This document shows positions 27,930 through 36,485 of a DNA stretch of 49,365 nt, one piece after another. How positions within the stretch are numbered: the stretch's first letter is position 1; every line of letters starts with the position of its first letter. The notes under the pieces are model-generated. The model ran no database searches, was not told where the DNA came from, and saw only the letters and a list, made by a program, of their open reading frames with translations. Location of the stretch: assembly GCA_036270895.1 (NCBI GenBank), contig DATBBS010000609.1, forward strand, positions 1 through 49,365, written 5' to 3'. The translations under genes were made by a program, and so were the position numbers. The DNA is from Xanthobacteraceae bacterium (GTDB taxonomy: Bacteria > Pseudomonadota > Alphaproteobacteria > Rhizobiales > Xanthobacteraceae).

Positions 27930-28283
27930 ATGATGCCGACACACATGCGAAGCCTTGCCATCATGGCACTGGTCGGATTCTGCATTCAGGCGCATGCGCA
28001 GGACCGGTGCCCGGAATTGACCCGGCTGCGCGGCGAGGCCGCGGAGGCCTTGAAGGAGACGAGAACCGGTCCGGCGTCGGTGCGCTGTGAATCATATAGC
28101 CGTTTGTCGAAGGCGCAGAGCGCCATGGTGCAATACGCCAGTGACCACCGCGACTCCTGTGACATTTCCGTCTCTTCGCTGAGCGAGCTGGAGAGGAATC
28201 ACCAAGACGCCGAAAAGGCGCGCGACAATGTCTGCGCGGGCCGTCCTGCTCGCCCATTTCCTGCGGACATCATTCAACGCTGA
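27930..28283 (+). CDS. small secreted Cys-containing protein of unknown function
   Basis: Based on ORF 27915..28283. ATG 27930 lies downstream of AGGGA, with an alternative ATG at 27945. The signal peptide is MRSLAIMALVGFCIQAHA, and the mature part has four Cys. Composition is AT-richer than the surroundings. Confidence 0.45.
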   Translation: MMPTHMRSLAIMALVGFCIQAHAQDRCPELTRLRGEAAEALKETRTGPASVRCESYSRLSKAQSAMVQYASDHRDSCDISVSSLSELERNHQDAEKARDNVCAGRPARPFPADIIQR

Positions 28284-28393
28284 GACAATCGGACGGTTGT
28301 GGCCGTGTCTCAAAGGATGTCTGCGAATTCGTGACCACGGCTGAAAATTCGGTTGGGCTGCTGCCTGCCGGATCGACACGGAAATCACGGCTG

Positions 28394-28417
28394 CCCGGAG
28401 ATCGTCGGATCTCCGGG
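28394..28417. terminator. perfect 10-bp hairpin between convergent genes (possible bidirectional terminator)
   Basis: The sequence is cccggagatc-gtcg-gatctccggg. There is no clean T-run on either side, so its function is uncertain. Confidence 0.4.
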
Positions 28418-28425
28418 TCGCCCAG

Positions 28426-29532
28426 TCAGTGCTTGATCATCCAAGTCTGGAATTCCCGGAAGAGCTGCTCCATGTCTGCGGCGGATTGTTTCGGCGCTCT
28501 CTCGCTCATGAACCGCCTGAATTCCGCCTCTTGACCTTTGGTCTCGCCTGCGCGCCAATTTCTGAGCCATTCCTCTGCGGCGGCAAAACGAGTCCATCCC
28601 GGAACCGTTGCGGCAATGTTCGCCGCCTTCCAAAGTGGGCTGCGCGGCGGTTTTTGGAACTCACTGGTCCTCGAGAAGAATGCATCGACGAATTTTGCAG
28701 TCCGTTGGTACCGTACCGTGTCTTTTGGCCAGTTATACGAAATGAGGACGGTGCTCGCCGCGATCGTGCTGATGCTCTCGTCCTTCCCGATCAGCGCGGG
28801 ATAGTCGTCGTTTCCAATCGCACCGGGCAGATAGTTCGCTCGCAGCGGCCCCTCGTCCGGTACGGTCACGAACCGCAAGCCCCACTCCGGCTTGACGGTC
28901 GCGAATGCCGGCACCGGAGCCGGGCACGAACATATCGTCGCATCTATCTCGCCACGCCGGAGTTTGTCCAACGCGTCTCCCTGCGGCAGGTATAACTCCT
29001 GCACCTGGACCCCGAGGGTCTTGAATATTCCCGGAACGAATTGCGCGGTTGCGCTGCCCTTGTTGTTGAAGTTGACCTTTTTTCCGTTCAGATCCCTGAT
29101 GTCTTTCGCGCCCCCGCGCGCAAGGATCTGCAGCGGGTTGGGAAAGAGCGGTGCGATATAAGTCAGCTGCTGCGCCAGGTTTGGCCCGAGCTTGCCGCTG
29201 GTCTTCAGGTAGTTCATGGCCTCCGCGGTGGTCAGCGCGAGGTCGATGTTTCGCAAGTAAAGGACATCCTGCACATTCTCGACCGCGGCGCCGCCGTCGA
29301 CGGAGAGCACGCGCAGATCATCTCCTCCGACCACCAGCGCGATGTCGTTGGCAAGCTGGTTGAAGGTGGCGCCGGGCTGCCCGCCCATGAGAAACATGAC
29401 GTTCTCATTTACCTTTTGTCTTAGCTCGCGCGGGGGGGCCGTCTGGGATGCGACGCGGTCATAGGAGGGGAGAGATAAAACAAGCGCAAAGACAAAAACC
29501 GATGCCCACTTGAAAACCGATGCCCACGTCAT
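28426..29532 (-). CDS. periplasmic solute-binding protein, TAXI/NMT1-like fold (orphan)
   Basis: 368 aa with an N-terminal signal/anchor. The pattern FLMGGQPGATFNQLANDIALVV..LRVLSVDGGAAVENVQDV..NIDLAL resembles TAXI-family TRAP receptors. No transporter membrane genes are adjacent. Codons are AT-richer than the background. Confidence 0.5.
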   Translation of the reverse strand: MTWASVFKWASVFVFALVLSLPSYDRVASQTAPPRELRQKVNENVMFLMGGQPGATFNQLANDIALVVGGDDLRVLSVDGGAAVENVQDVLYLRNIDLALTTAEAMNYLKTSGKLGPNLAQQLTYIAPLFPNPLQILARGGAKDIRDLNGKKVNFNNKGSATAQFVPGIFKTLGVQVQELYLPQGDALDKLRRGEIDATICSCPAPVPAFATVKPEWGLRFVTVPDEGPLRANYLPGAIGNDDYPALIGKDESISTIAASTVLISYNWPKDTVRYQRTAKFVDAFFSRTSEFQKPPRSPLWKAANIAATVPGWTRFAAAEEWLRNWRAGETKGQEAEFRRFMSERAPKQSAADMEQLFREFQTWMIKH

Positions 29533-29772
29533 GGCCCCTCCTCGTCGAATTTCTCAGGCTTTGAAGCCCCCACCCGCATACTAGCGATTGGCGACTTTGG
29601 TGGGAAGGTATCCAAACGCCACCCGCAATACCCGCCCGCAATGGGGGACGCCAGGTTTTCAGCGCAAGTCTTCAGCGCAACGCCGTCTTCGGGTGGTCCG
29701 GTCGTGCCCGACTGCCGGTTCAATGTGCGGGAATCGGTGGCCTCATGCGGCCATTCCTCGTTCGCCGTCGCG

Positions 29773-30357
29773 CTATGGATCGCGCCGGCTCTTTTGCGTC
29801 ACTGCCGCGAACTCGTTGCCGAGAACGCCCATCATCACGTCGTCGTGCCATTTCCCATCCACATGGGCGGATTCCCTTTCGCGCCCCTCGACGACGAATC
29901 CGCACTTTTCGTAGGCGCGGATCGCCCGTGTGTTGAACTCCAACACACGGGCGGAGATGCGGTGCAAGTCGAGCACATCGAATGCGTATCGTAACACCAG
30001 CCTTATGGCTTCGGTGCCGAGCCCCTGGCCCAGTCGTGTCTTGTCTGCGATGCCGACGGCGAGGACCGCCCGTTTGTCCCAGAAATCGACGCGATCGAGC
30101 CTGATCTCCCCGATCAAGGCGCCCGCGTCGATGATCCACGCATGATCGTGGTCCAGCAGGCGCTGCACCCAACGCTCCGCCTCCTCCTCGGTCATCGGCC
30201 GCGCGTTCCTGCTGTCGCCGCCATACATGCGCACGATGTCGGGGTCGTTTCCGAGCTTGCGGCGTGCTTCGATATCTTCCGCGCGCGCCCGTCGCAGCGA
30301 CACCCGCTCGCCGTTGAGATCCGGCACCGGCATCTTCGTCATGTCGGTACCGCTCAC
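29773..30357 (-). CDS. GNAT-family N-acetyltransferase (RimJ/RimL-like)
   Basis: The GTG start at 30357 overlaps the upstream gene's stop (GTGA). The motif-A region GQGLGTEAIRLVLRYAF and the ..N.RAIRAYEKCGF block are present. Confidence 0.75.
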   Translation of the reverse strand: MSGTDMTKMPVPDLNGERVSLRRARAEDIEARRKLGNDPDIVRMYGGDSRNARPMTEEEAERWVQRLLDHDHAWIIDAGALIGEIRLDRVDFWDKRAVLAVGIADKTRLGQGLGTEAIRLVLRYAFDVLDLHRISARVLEFNTRAIRAYEKCGFVVEGRERESAHVDGKWHDDVMMGVLGNEFAAVTQKSRRDP

Positions 30358-31118
30358 TGCTTGGTCGCCACGATGGAGTCCTGGAAGACCTCATAGCTGC
30401 GAACGGATCGCCACGTGCCCTCGCGCACCGCGTCGACCCGCAGTCCGTAACGGTCGAGCAGGCGCAGCAGCCAATTCTTCCGACACGCGATCCCTTGTTC
30501 GGGATGCTCGGGACAGAACGTCAGGCAAGGTCCGATGGGATGCCGGAAATCGAAGATCGTCGCTCCGCGCGCAACGGCGGCCTCTCCTTCCTCGTCGAGG
30601 AGAAACGCCGTGACGTAACAGGCGCCACCCGGCTTGATGACGCGCGCGAGCTCCGAGACGTATCGCTCGATTTCATCCGGCATCATATGGGTGAAGACCG
30701 AAGAAACGATCGCGGCGTCGAAGCTGCCGGGCGCATAAGGGAAGGAAAGCGCCGCCGCCTTGATCGACCCCGCGGGATTCTGATCCGGCGAATAGACGTC
30801 CAGCCGTGTGAAGCGGAAATTATGCGCGCGCGTCTGCAGATGGCGCTGGCACCACGCAACCATGTCGGCCGACACATCGAAGCCGTCATAGCTTCCGCGC
30901 GGGTGAAGGTGTTTGATGAAAGCGCGCGCCAGCCGGCCGCAACCACATCCGACCTCCAGGACCGACGCGTCCGGCCGGATGTTGCACAAATCCATGATCT
31001 CGGCGGCCTGTTGATCGCCGCTTCGCTCGAAAAGACCGGCATCCGAGAAGGGACCAACCCTCACGCGCAGATGTTCGGGAGGGACAGGACGCTCCGTCGT
31101 TGGTGCTTGATCGGACAT
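30354..31118 (-). CDS. class I SAM-dependent methyltransferase
   Basis: Based on ORF 30354..31199, with the start at ATG 31118. The SAM motif VLEVGCGCGRLA and the block VIKPGGACYVTAF are present. Confidence 0.7.
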   Translation of the reverse strand: MSDQAPTTERPVPPEHLRVRVGPFSDAGLFERSGDQQAAEIMDLCNIRPDASVLEVGCGCGRLARAFIKHLHPRGSYDGFDVSADMVAWCQRHLQTRAHNFRFTRLDVYSPDQNPAGSIKAAALSFPYAPGSFDAAIVSSVFTHMMPDEIERYVSELARVIKPGGACYVTAFLLDEEGEAAVARGATIFDFRHPIGPCLTFCPEHPEQGIACRKNWLLRLLDRYGLRVDAVREGTWRSVRSYEVFQDSIVATKQ

Positions 31119-31256
31119 GCGCTTGAAAAAACGGCCGGCCCGCGCACTTGGTTCCTTGGTCCGGCACGGACCGGCAGAAATTCCTCGGCCCCGCCACACG
31201 GCGGAAAAGCGTGCGGCCGCGGAATATCATTTGGGATGCCTGAAGGAGCGCTTTGC

Positions 31257-32171
31257 CTAGGATCGGGTTTCGATGTGCGGGTTCGCCACAGGCGATGCCG
31301 AAGCGAGCGCCACGCAGTTCTTCATGGCTTTCTGCACCTTCTGAAAGGCGCGGATTTCGATCTGCCGCACGCGCTCGCGTGAAACGCCGCACTTCTCGGC
31401 GAGCGCCTCGAGGGTGAGCGGATCGTCGACCAGGCGTCGCCCGATGAAGATGCAGCGTTCCCGGTCCGACAACATCCGCAGGACGTCGCGCAGCGCCGTG
31501 TGGCGGATCTGCGTCTCCTCGGTCTCGACGAGCTGGGCTTCCTGGCTGGCGCCCTCGTCGACCAGCCAGTCCTGCCGCTCGCCGGACCCGCCGTCATCAC
31601 GGAGCGGCGTATTGAGCGAGACGTCGCCGTCGAGACGCTGGTCCATGTCCACGACCTCCTGCTCCGCCACGCCGAGGCGTTGCGCGATGAGGGCGACCTG
31701 ATCGGGTCGCAGCCGGGCTTCGAGCGCCGCAATCCGGCTCTTGGCGGCGCGCAGCTTGAAGAAGAGCTTGCGCTGGCTGGCCGTCGTGCCGAGCTTGACC
31801 AGCGACCAGGATCGCAAGATGTATTGTTGGATCGAGGCCCTGATCCACCACATCGCGTAAGTGGCGAAACGAAAGCCGCGGTCGGGCTCGAAGCGCTTGG
31901 CCGCCTGCATGAGGCCCATATTGGCCTCGGAGATCAGCTCCGCGATGGGCAATCCGTAGCCCCGGTAGCCCATCGCCATCTTGGCGGCGAGGCGGAGATG
32001 GCTGCTGACGAGTTGGTGGACCGCATCCTCGTCGCCGGTCTCGCGCCAGCGCTTGGCCAATCGGTATTCATGCTCCGGCTCGAGCAGCGGGACTTGCCGT
32101 ATCTGCTGGAGATAGCGGGTGAGGCCGGGGTCGAGCCGTGCGGCCGGCGGGGCGGATCTGCGCGATGCCAT
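31257..32171 (-). CDS. rpoH: RNA polymerase sigma-32 (heat-shock) factor
   Basis: 304 aa with sigma-70 regions 2-4. The RpoH box QRKLFFKLR, YAMWWIRASIQ and the region 4.2 block GVSRERVRQIE are present. Confidence 0.9.
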   Translation of the reverse strand: MASRRSAPPAARLDPGLTRYLQQIRQVPLLEPEHEYRLAKRWRETGDEDAVHQLVSSHLRLAAKMAMGYRGYGLPIAELISEANMGLMQAAKRFEPDRGFRFATYAMWWIRASIQQYILRSWSLVKLGTTASQRKLFFKLRAAKSRIAALEARLRPDQVALIAQRLGVAEQEVVDMDQRLDGDVSLNTPLRDDGGSGERQDWLVDEGASQEAQLVETEETQIRHTALRDVLRMLSDRERCIFIGRRLVDDPLTLEALAEKCGVSRERVRQIEIRAFQKVQKAMKNCVALASASPVANPHIETRS

Positions 32172-32377
32172 GCGGGTCTCCTGTGAATCACGGCCATGAT
32201 CGATGGCGTGCTCGCAGGTGGCGATATGGGGGTCCCCGCCAGGGCGATAATCGCGGAAATCCGAAAGGGTTGTTTGGCCCGCAGGATGACCTTGGGTCAG
32301 GGCAGGCGGACCGCCCTGTTGCCCGACCCGAGGGTTGTCCTATGCTTTCGCCGCGCCTTTTCATGCGGGACCGACCG

Positions 32378-33325
32378 ATGCGCGGAACGCTGTTTGCCGA
32401 TCTCTCTGCCTTCGTGGCGGTAGCGGAGCACGGCAGCTTCACCAAGGCTGCGGCTCAGCTCCGCGTGTCCACCGGGACGCTCAGCCAGACGATCCGCTCG
32501 CTCGAGGAAACCCTCGGCGTGCGCCTGCTCAATCGCACCACGCGAAGCGTGGCGCCGACCGAAGCGGGAGCAAAGATGCTGGCGCGCCTGCGGCCGCTGC
32601 TCGACGAGTTCGAGGCGGTGGTGGACGGCGCCAACGCGTTCCGCGACCGGCCGGCCGGCCAGCTCCGTCTCACCGTGCCGGCCCCCATCGCGTCCTTCTT
32701 GCTGGCGCCGCTGCTGGCGCAGTTCCACGCGCAGTATCCGGAGATCGTCGTCGAGATTTCGGTCGACGACGATCTGGTCGACATCGTGGCCGGTCGATTC
32801 GACGCGGGCATTCGCGTCGGGGGCTTGATCGCACGCGACATGATCGCGGTTCGCATCACCGAGCGCATGCGCTTCGTCGTGGCGGGATCGCCCGACTATC
32901 TGGCGCGCCATCCCGGGTTGGAAAAGCCGGACGACCTCAAGGAGCATAATTGCATCCGGGTCAGAACCGCCGGCCGCGGGACATTGCCGTGGCGGTTCGT
33001 CGTGGATGGCACGCCCGTCGAATGCGAGGTCACCGGCACGGTGATCACCAATCTGGACAGCGTGCTGATCCGCGCCGCGCTCGACGGGATCGGATTGGTG
33101 TATGAGCCGGAGTTTTTTCTGGAGGAGTTCATCGCCCAAGGGCGCCTCGTTCCTGTGCTGCAGGAATGGATGCCGCCCGAGTCGGAGGGGTTTTTCCTGT
33201 TCTATCCGAGCCGGCGGCAGAATCCCGCGCCTTTGCAGGCCATGATCGACTTCCTCCGCGCCAGGCTCAAGGACGGTATGCGTCCGCCGCCGGCCGCCCG
33301 CGCGGTCGATCGTCAGGAGGCGTAA
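32378..33325 (+). CDS. LysR-family transcriptional regulator
   Basis: Based on ORF 32138..33325. The N-terminal HTH is LSAFVAVAEHGSFTKAAAQLRVSTGTLSQTIRSLEETLGVRLLNRTTR. Candidate starts are 32378, 32363 and 32342. Confidence 0.85.
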   Translation: MRGTLFADLSAFVAVAEHGSFTKAAAQLRVSTGTLSQTIRSLEETLGVRLLNRTTRSVAPTEAGAKMLARLRPLLDEFEAVVDGANAFRDRPAGQLRLTVPAPIASFLLAPLLAQFHAQYPEIVVEISVDDDLVDIVAGRFDAGIRVGGLIARDMIAVRITERMRFVVAGSPDYLARHPGLEKPDDLKEHNCIRVRTAGRGTLPWRFVVDGTPVECEVTGTVITNLDSVLIRAALDGIGLVYEPEFFLEEFIAQGRLVPVLQEWMPPESEGFFLFYPSRRQNPAPLQAMIDFLRARLKDGMRPPPAARAVDRQEA

Positions 33326-33389
33326 CTTATTGAATATCAATGGCTTTGTTTGAAATCCGGCCGATGATGCGATCGGTTCTTCAGAGCCC

Positions 33390-33419
33390 TTGACTTTTTA
33401 AGACGACCGGTCATATTAT
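33390..33419 (+). promoter_or_regulatory. sigma-70-type promoter of the TetR gene, predicting a leaderless or near-leaderless mRNA
   Basis: TTGACT (33390-33395), an 18-nt spacer, then TATTAT (33414-33419). The ATG at 33427 starts only 8 nt after the -10 hexamer, and there is no Shine-Dalgarno sequence. Confidence 0.5.
33400..33417. promoter_or_regulatory. 18-bp operator-like palindrome O1 (AAGACGAC-CG-GTCATATT) inside the tetR promoter spacer
   Basis: It is an imperfect inverted repeat. It is related to the perfect palindrome at 34059-34076. Confidence 0.5.
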
Positions 33420-33426
33420 CACCGCC

Positions 33427-33999
33427 ATGCCAAAGCCGAACGTCAAGGAAAAGCTGATCGCCGCCGGGTTGAAGACCCTTCTGGCGGGGGGATTCAACGG
33501 GGTGGGCGTGCAGGAAATCACCGACGCCGCCGGCGTCCCCAAGGGCTCGTTCTACAACCATTTCGACAGCAAGGAGACGCTCGGCGCCGAGATCGTCGAG
33601 CGCTATGGGGTGAACACGCGGCGCGCCGTTCTGCGCGACAAAAATATCCCGCCGCTGCAGCGGCTGCGCACGCATTTCGACGCGCTCAACGACACCTTCA
33701 TCCATTCGAAGTTCGAGCGCGGGTGCCTTCTCGGCAACTTCAGCGCGGAACTGGCGAACCAGAGTGCCGTGATCCGAAAGAGTCTCGCCAAACTTTTCGA
33801 GCGGTGGACGGAAGACCTCGAAATCGCGATCGAAGACGCGCAGGCCGAAGGCACGGTTTCATCCGATTCCAAGGCCGCCGATATCGCGGCCTTTCTTCTC
33901 GACGCTTACGAAGGGGCTTTGCTCCGCGCGCGTGTGGTGCGCGACCGGGCGCCCTTCGACCGCTTCATGAAGCTCGCCTTCGAACGGATCCTGACCTGA
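33427..33999 (+). CDS. TetR/AcrR-family transcriptional regulator
   Basis: 190 aa with the N-terminal HTH GFNGVGVQEITDAAGVPKGSFYNHFDSKE. Confidence 0.9.
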   Translation: MPKPNVKEKLIAAGLKTLLAGGFNGVGVQEITDAAGVPKGSFYNHFDSKETLGAEIVERYGVNTRRAVLRDKNIPPLQRLRTHFDALNDTFIHSKFERGCLLGNFSAELANQSAVIRKSLAKLFERWTEDLEIAIEDAQAEGTVSSDSKAADIAAFLLDAYEGALLRARVVRDRAPFDRFMKLAFERILT

Positions 34000-34058
34000 G
34001 CCGCGCCCGATAAGGGGATGACCAAATGTCCGCCGCACACCTACGTTTGTCCGAACTC

Positions 34059-34076
34059 AAGATGACCAGTCATCTT
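34059..34076. promoter_or_regulatory. 18-bp perfect palindrome O2 (AAGATGAC-CA-GTCATCTT) upstream of the MFS gene
   Basis: The 8-bp arms are perfect reverse complements. It lies 15-32 nt upstream of the MFS ATG (34091) and next to AGGAGGGAAG. Confidence 0.55.
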
Positions 34077-34090
34077 AACAGGAGGGAAGC

Positions 34091-35332
34091 ATGAGCACGT
34101 CCGTCAACCCGAACTCCATGAGGGTCCTCTATTGGATGGCCCTGGGGACCTTCGCGATCGGGACCGAAGGGTTCATGATCGCGCCGCTGCTGCCAAATCT
34201 GGCCGGGGATCTGTCCGTCAGTCTCGTCGCGGCCGGACAGCTGGTGACGGTCTTCACGCTCTCCTACGCGTTCTCGTCGCCGGTCCTGACCGCCCTGACG
34301 GGCGGCATCGGCCGGCGCAATCTTTTGATCATCGCGCTGACGGGCTTCGCCATCGCGAACGTCGTTGCGGCGCTCGCGACCGGCTACTGGATGCTGATGG
34401 CGGCGCGCGTCCTGCTCGCGCTGGCGGCCGGCCTCTACGTCCCCAACGCCAACGCGCTGGCGGGAGCGGTCGTTGCTCCCGAGAAGCGCGGCACGGCGCT
34501 GTCGATCATCACGGGCGGCACCTCGATCGCGGTCGCGCTCGGCGTGCCGATCAGCGCCTTGATCGGCCAAGGCTTCGGATGGCGCCTGACCTTCGCGGTC
34601 GTCGCCACGGTTTCGGTGCTCGCAACCATCGGCCTGCTGTTCGGTCTCGCCCGCGACGTGGGCGCCGGATTGCCGGTCGCAAGCCTGCGCGAGCGGATCG
34701 CCGTCGTCGGACGCAAGCCGGTGCTGCTCGCGCTCCTGGTGACGCTGGCGTGGGCCACGGGTGCCTACACGGTCTACACCTATCTCGTCGTCTTCCTGTC
34801 GAGCGAAGCGGGCATCGATGGCGCACACGCCCATCTCGTGCTGCTCATGTGGGGCGTTTCCGCTGCGATCGGCGTCATGGCCGGCGGAAGGCTGAGCGAC
34901 AGGCTCGGATCCAGGACGGTCATCATTGCGGCCCTTGCGGTTCTTGCCGCCTCCTTCGTGACGATGTCGCTGAGCGCCTACCTGCTGCCGCCGGCAGCGG
35001 CCCGCATGCCGGTCGTGGTTGCGATCGTGCTCTGGGGAATTGCCGCCTGGTCCTACTTCCCGGCCCAGCAGGCGCGGCTCATCGGCGTCGCGGGCGTGAA
35101 GCTCGCTTCCGTGGTGCTCTCGCTCAACGCCTCATTCATGTTCGGCGGCTTCGCCCTGGGCGCGCTGCTGGGATCCGCGACGATCGCGCATGCGTCACCC
35201 GCGGCACTCGGCTTCGTCGGCGCGGCGAGCGTCGTGGGCGCGCTGATCCTGGCCGTGGCCATCATGCGAGAAGAAAGGCTGCAGCCGGCGCCGGGCTTCA
35301 GAACCGAGGCGGCGGGGATCCGGATCGCTTGA
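34091..35332 (+). CDS. MFS transporter (12-TM, drug/metabolite efflux type)
   Basis: 413 aa and hydrophobic throughout. The MFS motif-A-like sequence LTGGIGRRNLL lies between TM2 and TM3. Confidence 0.85.
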   Translation: MSTSVNPNSMRVLYWMALGTFAIGTEGFMIAPLLPNLAGDLSVSLVAAGQLVTVFTLSYAFSSPVLTALTGGIGRRNLLIIALTGFAIANVVAALATGYWMLMAARVLLALAAGLYVPNANALAGAVVAPEKRGTALSIITGGTSIAVALGVPISALIGQGFGWRLTFAVVATVSVLATIGLLFGLARDVGAGLPVASLRERIAVVGRKPVLLALLVTLAWATGAYTVYTYLVVFLSSEAGIDGAHAHLVLLMWGVSAAIGVMAGGRLSDRLGSRTVIIAALAVLAASFVTMSLSAYLLPPAAARMPVVVAIVLWGIAAWSYFPAQQARLIGVAGVKLASVVLSLNASFMFGGFALGALLGSATIAHASPAALGFVGAASVVGALILAVAIMREERLQPAPGFRTEAAGIRIA

Positions 35333-35361
35333 TCGGACGTGCCGGCGCAGGCGACGAAATT

Positions 35362-36093
35362 CTACACGGCGGTTCTGCCGCCATCGACCGGCAGGATCGC
35401 ACCCTGGATGAAGCTGGCGCGGTCGCTCGCCAGGAACACGATCGCCTCGGCAATCTCCTCGGGCGCCGCCGGACGCCCGGCCGGCGCTTGCGCGGCGAGC
35501 TGTTGCAGCGCGTCGCCCATGTCGGCCGTGCCTTCGGTGCGGGTCGGTCCGGGGCTGACCGCATTTACGCGGACGCCCTTGGGGCCGTATTCGGCCGCCC
35601 ACGCCTTGGTCAGCAGATTGATGGCGGCTTTGCTCGATCCATACAGGCTCAGGCCGGCCGCGCCGTAACCGGCGACCATCGTCGAGACGTTGACGATCGC
35701 TCCCTTGCGGCGCTCCGCCATGCCGGGGGCAAGCTCGGCGACGAGGAAATAGGGCGCCTTCACATTGAGCGCATAGACGTCGTCGAACGACTCCTCGCTC
35801 ATCTCGTGTGTCGGGCCGAACGGATAAATGCCGGCATTGTTGATCAGGATGTCGACATGGCCGCCTCCGAGCTCGACGGCCTTTTTGGCGACCGCGCGGG
35901 CGCTCGCGGCGTCGCGCAGATCGGACGAGATGAAATCGGCTTTCCCGCCGGCTGCCCGTATGTCGGCAATGGTCTTTTCACCGCGTTCCACGTTGCGGCC
36001 CACGAGCATGACATGGACGCCCGACCGCGCCAGCTTGTCGGCCGCGGCGCGGCCGATTCCGCTGGTCGCTCCGGTGATGAGGGCTGTTGTCAT
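35362..36093 (-). CDS. short-chain dehydrogenase/reductase (SDR)
   Basis: 243 aa with TGATSGIG cofactor motif, NNAG and the catalytic YGSSK. Confidence 0.9.
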   Translation of the reverse strand: MTTALITGATSGIGRAAADKLARSGVHVMLVGRNVERGEKTIADIRAAGGKADFISSDLRDAASARAVAKKAVELGGGHVDILINNAGIYPFGPTHEMSEESFDDVYALNVKAPYFLVAELAPGMAERRKGAIVNVSTMVAGYGAAGLSLYGSSKAAINLLTKAWAAEYGPKGVRVNAVSPGPTRTEGTADMGDALQQLAAQAPAGRPAAPEEIAEAIVFLASDRASFIQGAILPVDGGRTAV

Positions 36094-36485
36094 TGCGCAC
36101 TCCTTCTTTCGGTTCTTTTATCCGCCCGGGCCCGCCGATCGGCAAAGAAGATGACGTCGAAGGGGCGCCCGCGGTAGCCGAGCGCCGCGCATCTGACTTA
36201 TTCCGTCAAGGCATGAGGGACCCGCTCCGGGAGTTGGCCGCCTTCGTCGGCAAGGACCGCGTCCTGACGGAGGAGCCGGGATCACGGCTGCGATCGCGCG
36301 GCGGCCGGGCCGAAATTTGGGGCAACCGGGGGCAAATCGCAGCACGATGCTTCAATCCCTCAAATGGGCGCAGGACTGATATTTGCCGGCACGCAGACTG
36401 CCGTGGACGCATTCAAATCGCGGGACCCTCAAAGGCGGCCCGCATCACGCGGTCCTGGGCTGAATCCAAGAACAGGGAGCTTGAA

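Noticed and set aside
31119-31256. GC-rich stretch followed by a T6 run (minus strand, about 31125-31150) as the rpoH terminator
   Set aside because: The GGCCGGCC core is self-complementary with no loop, so I could not draw a convincing stem-loop. The T-run sits only 7-13 nt upstream of the next gene's start codon.
32172-32362. Sigma-32-like -10 element (CCCCATAT on the minus strand, complement of 32223-32230) upstream of rpoH, suggesting autoregulation
   Set aside because: I found no CTTGAA-like -35 at the appropriate spacing. A single GC-rich octamer in GC-rich DNA is not enough.
36211-36400. Possible remnant of the N-terminus of a GlcD-type FAD-linked oxidase (MRDPLRELAAFVGKDRVLTEEPG...) in the 390-bp gap upstream of the secreted hydrolase
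   Set aside because: The resemblance rests on about 20 residues of a loosely conserved N-terminal pattern recalled from memory, and no FAD-binding motif follows. A tblastn or BLASTX search would be needed, so I am not reporting it as a feature.
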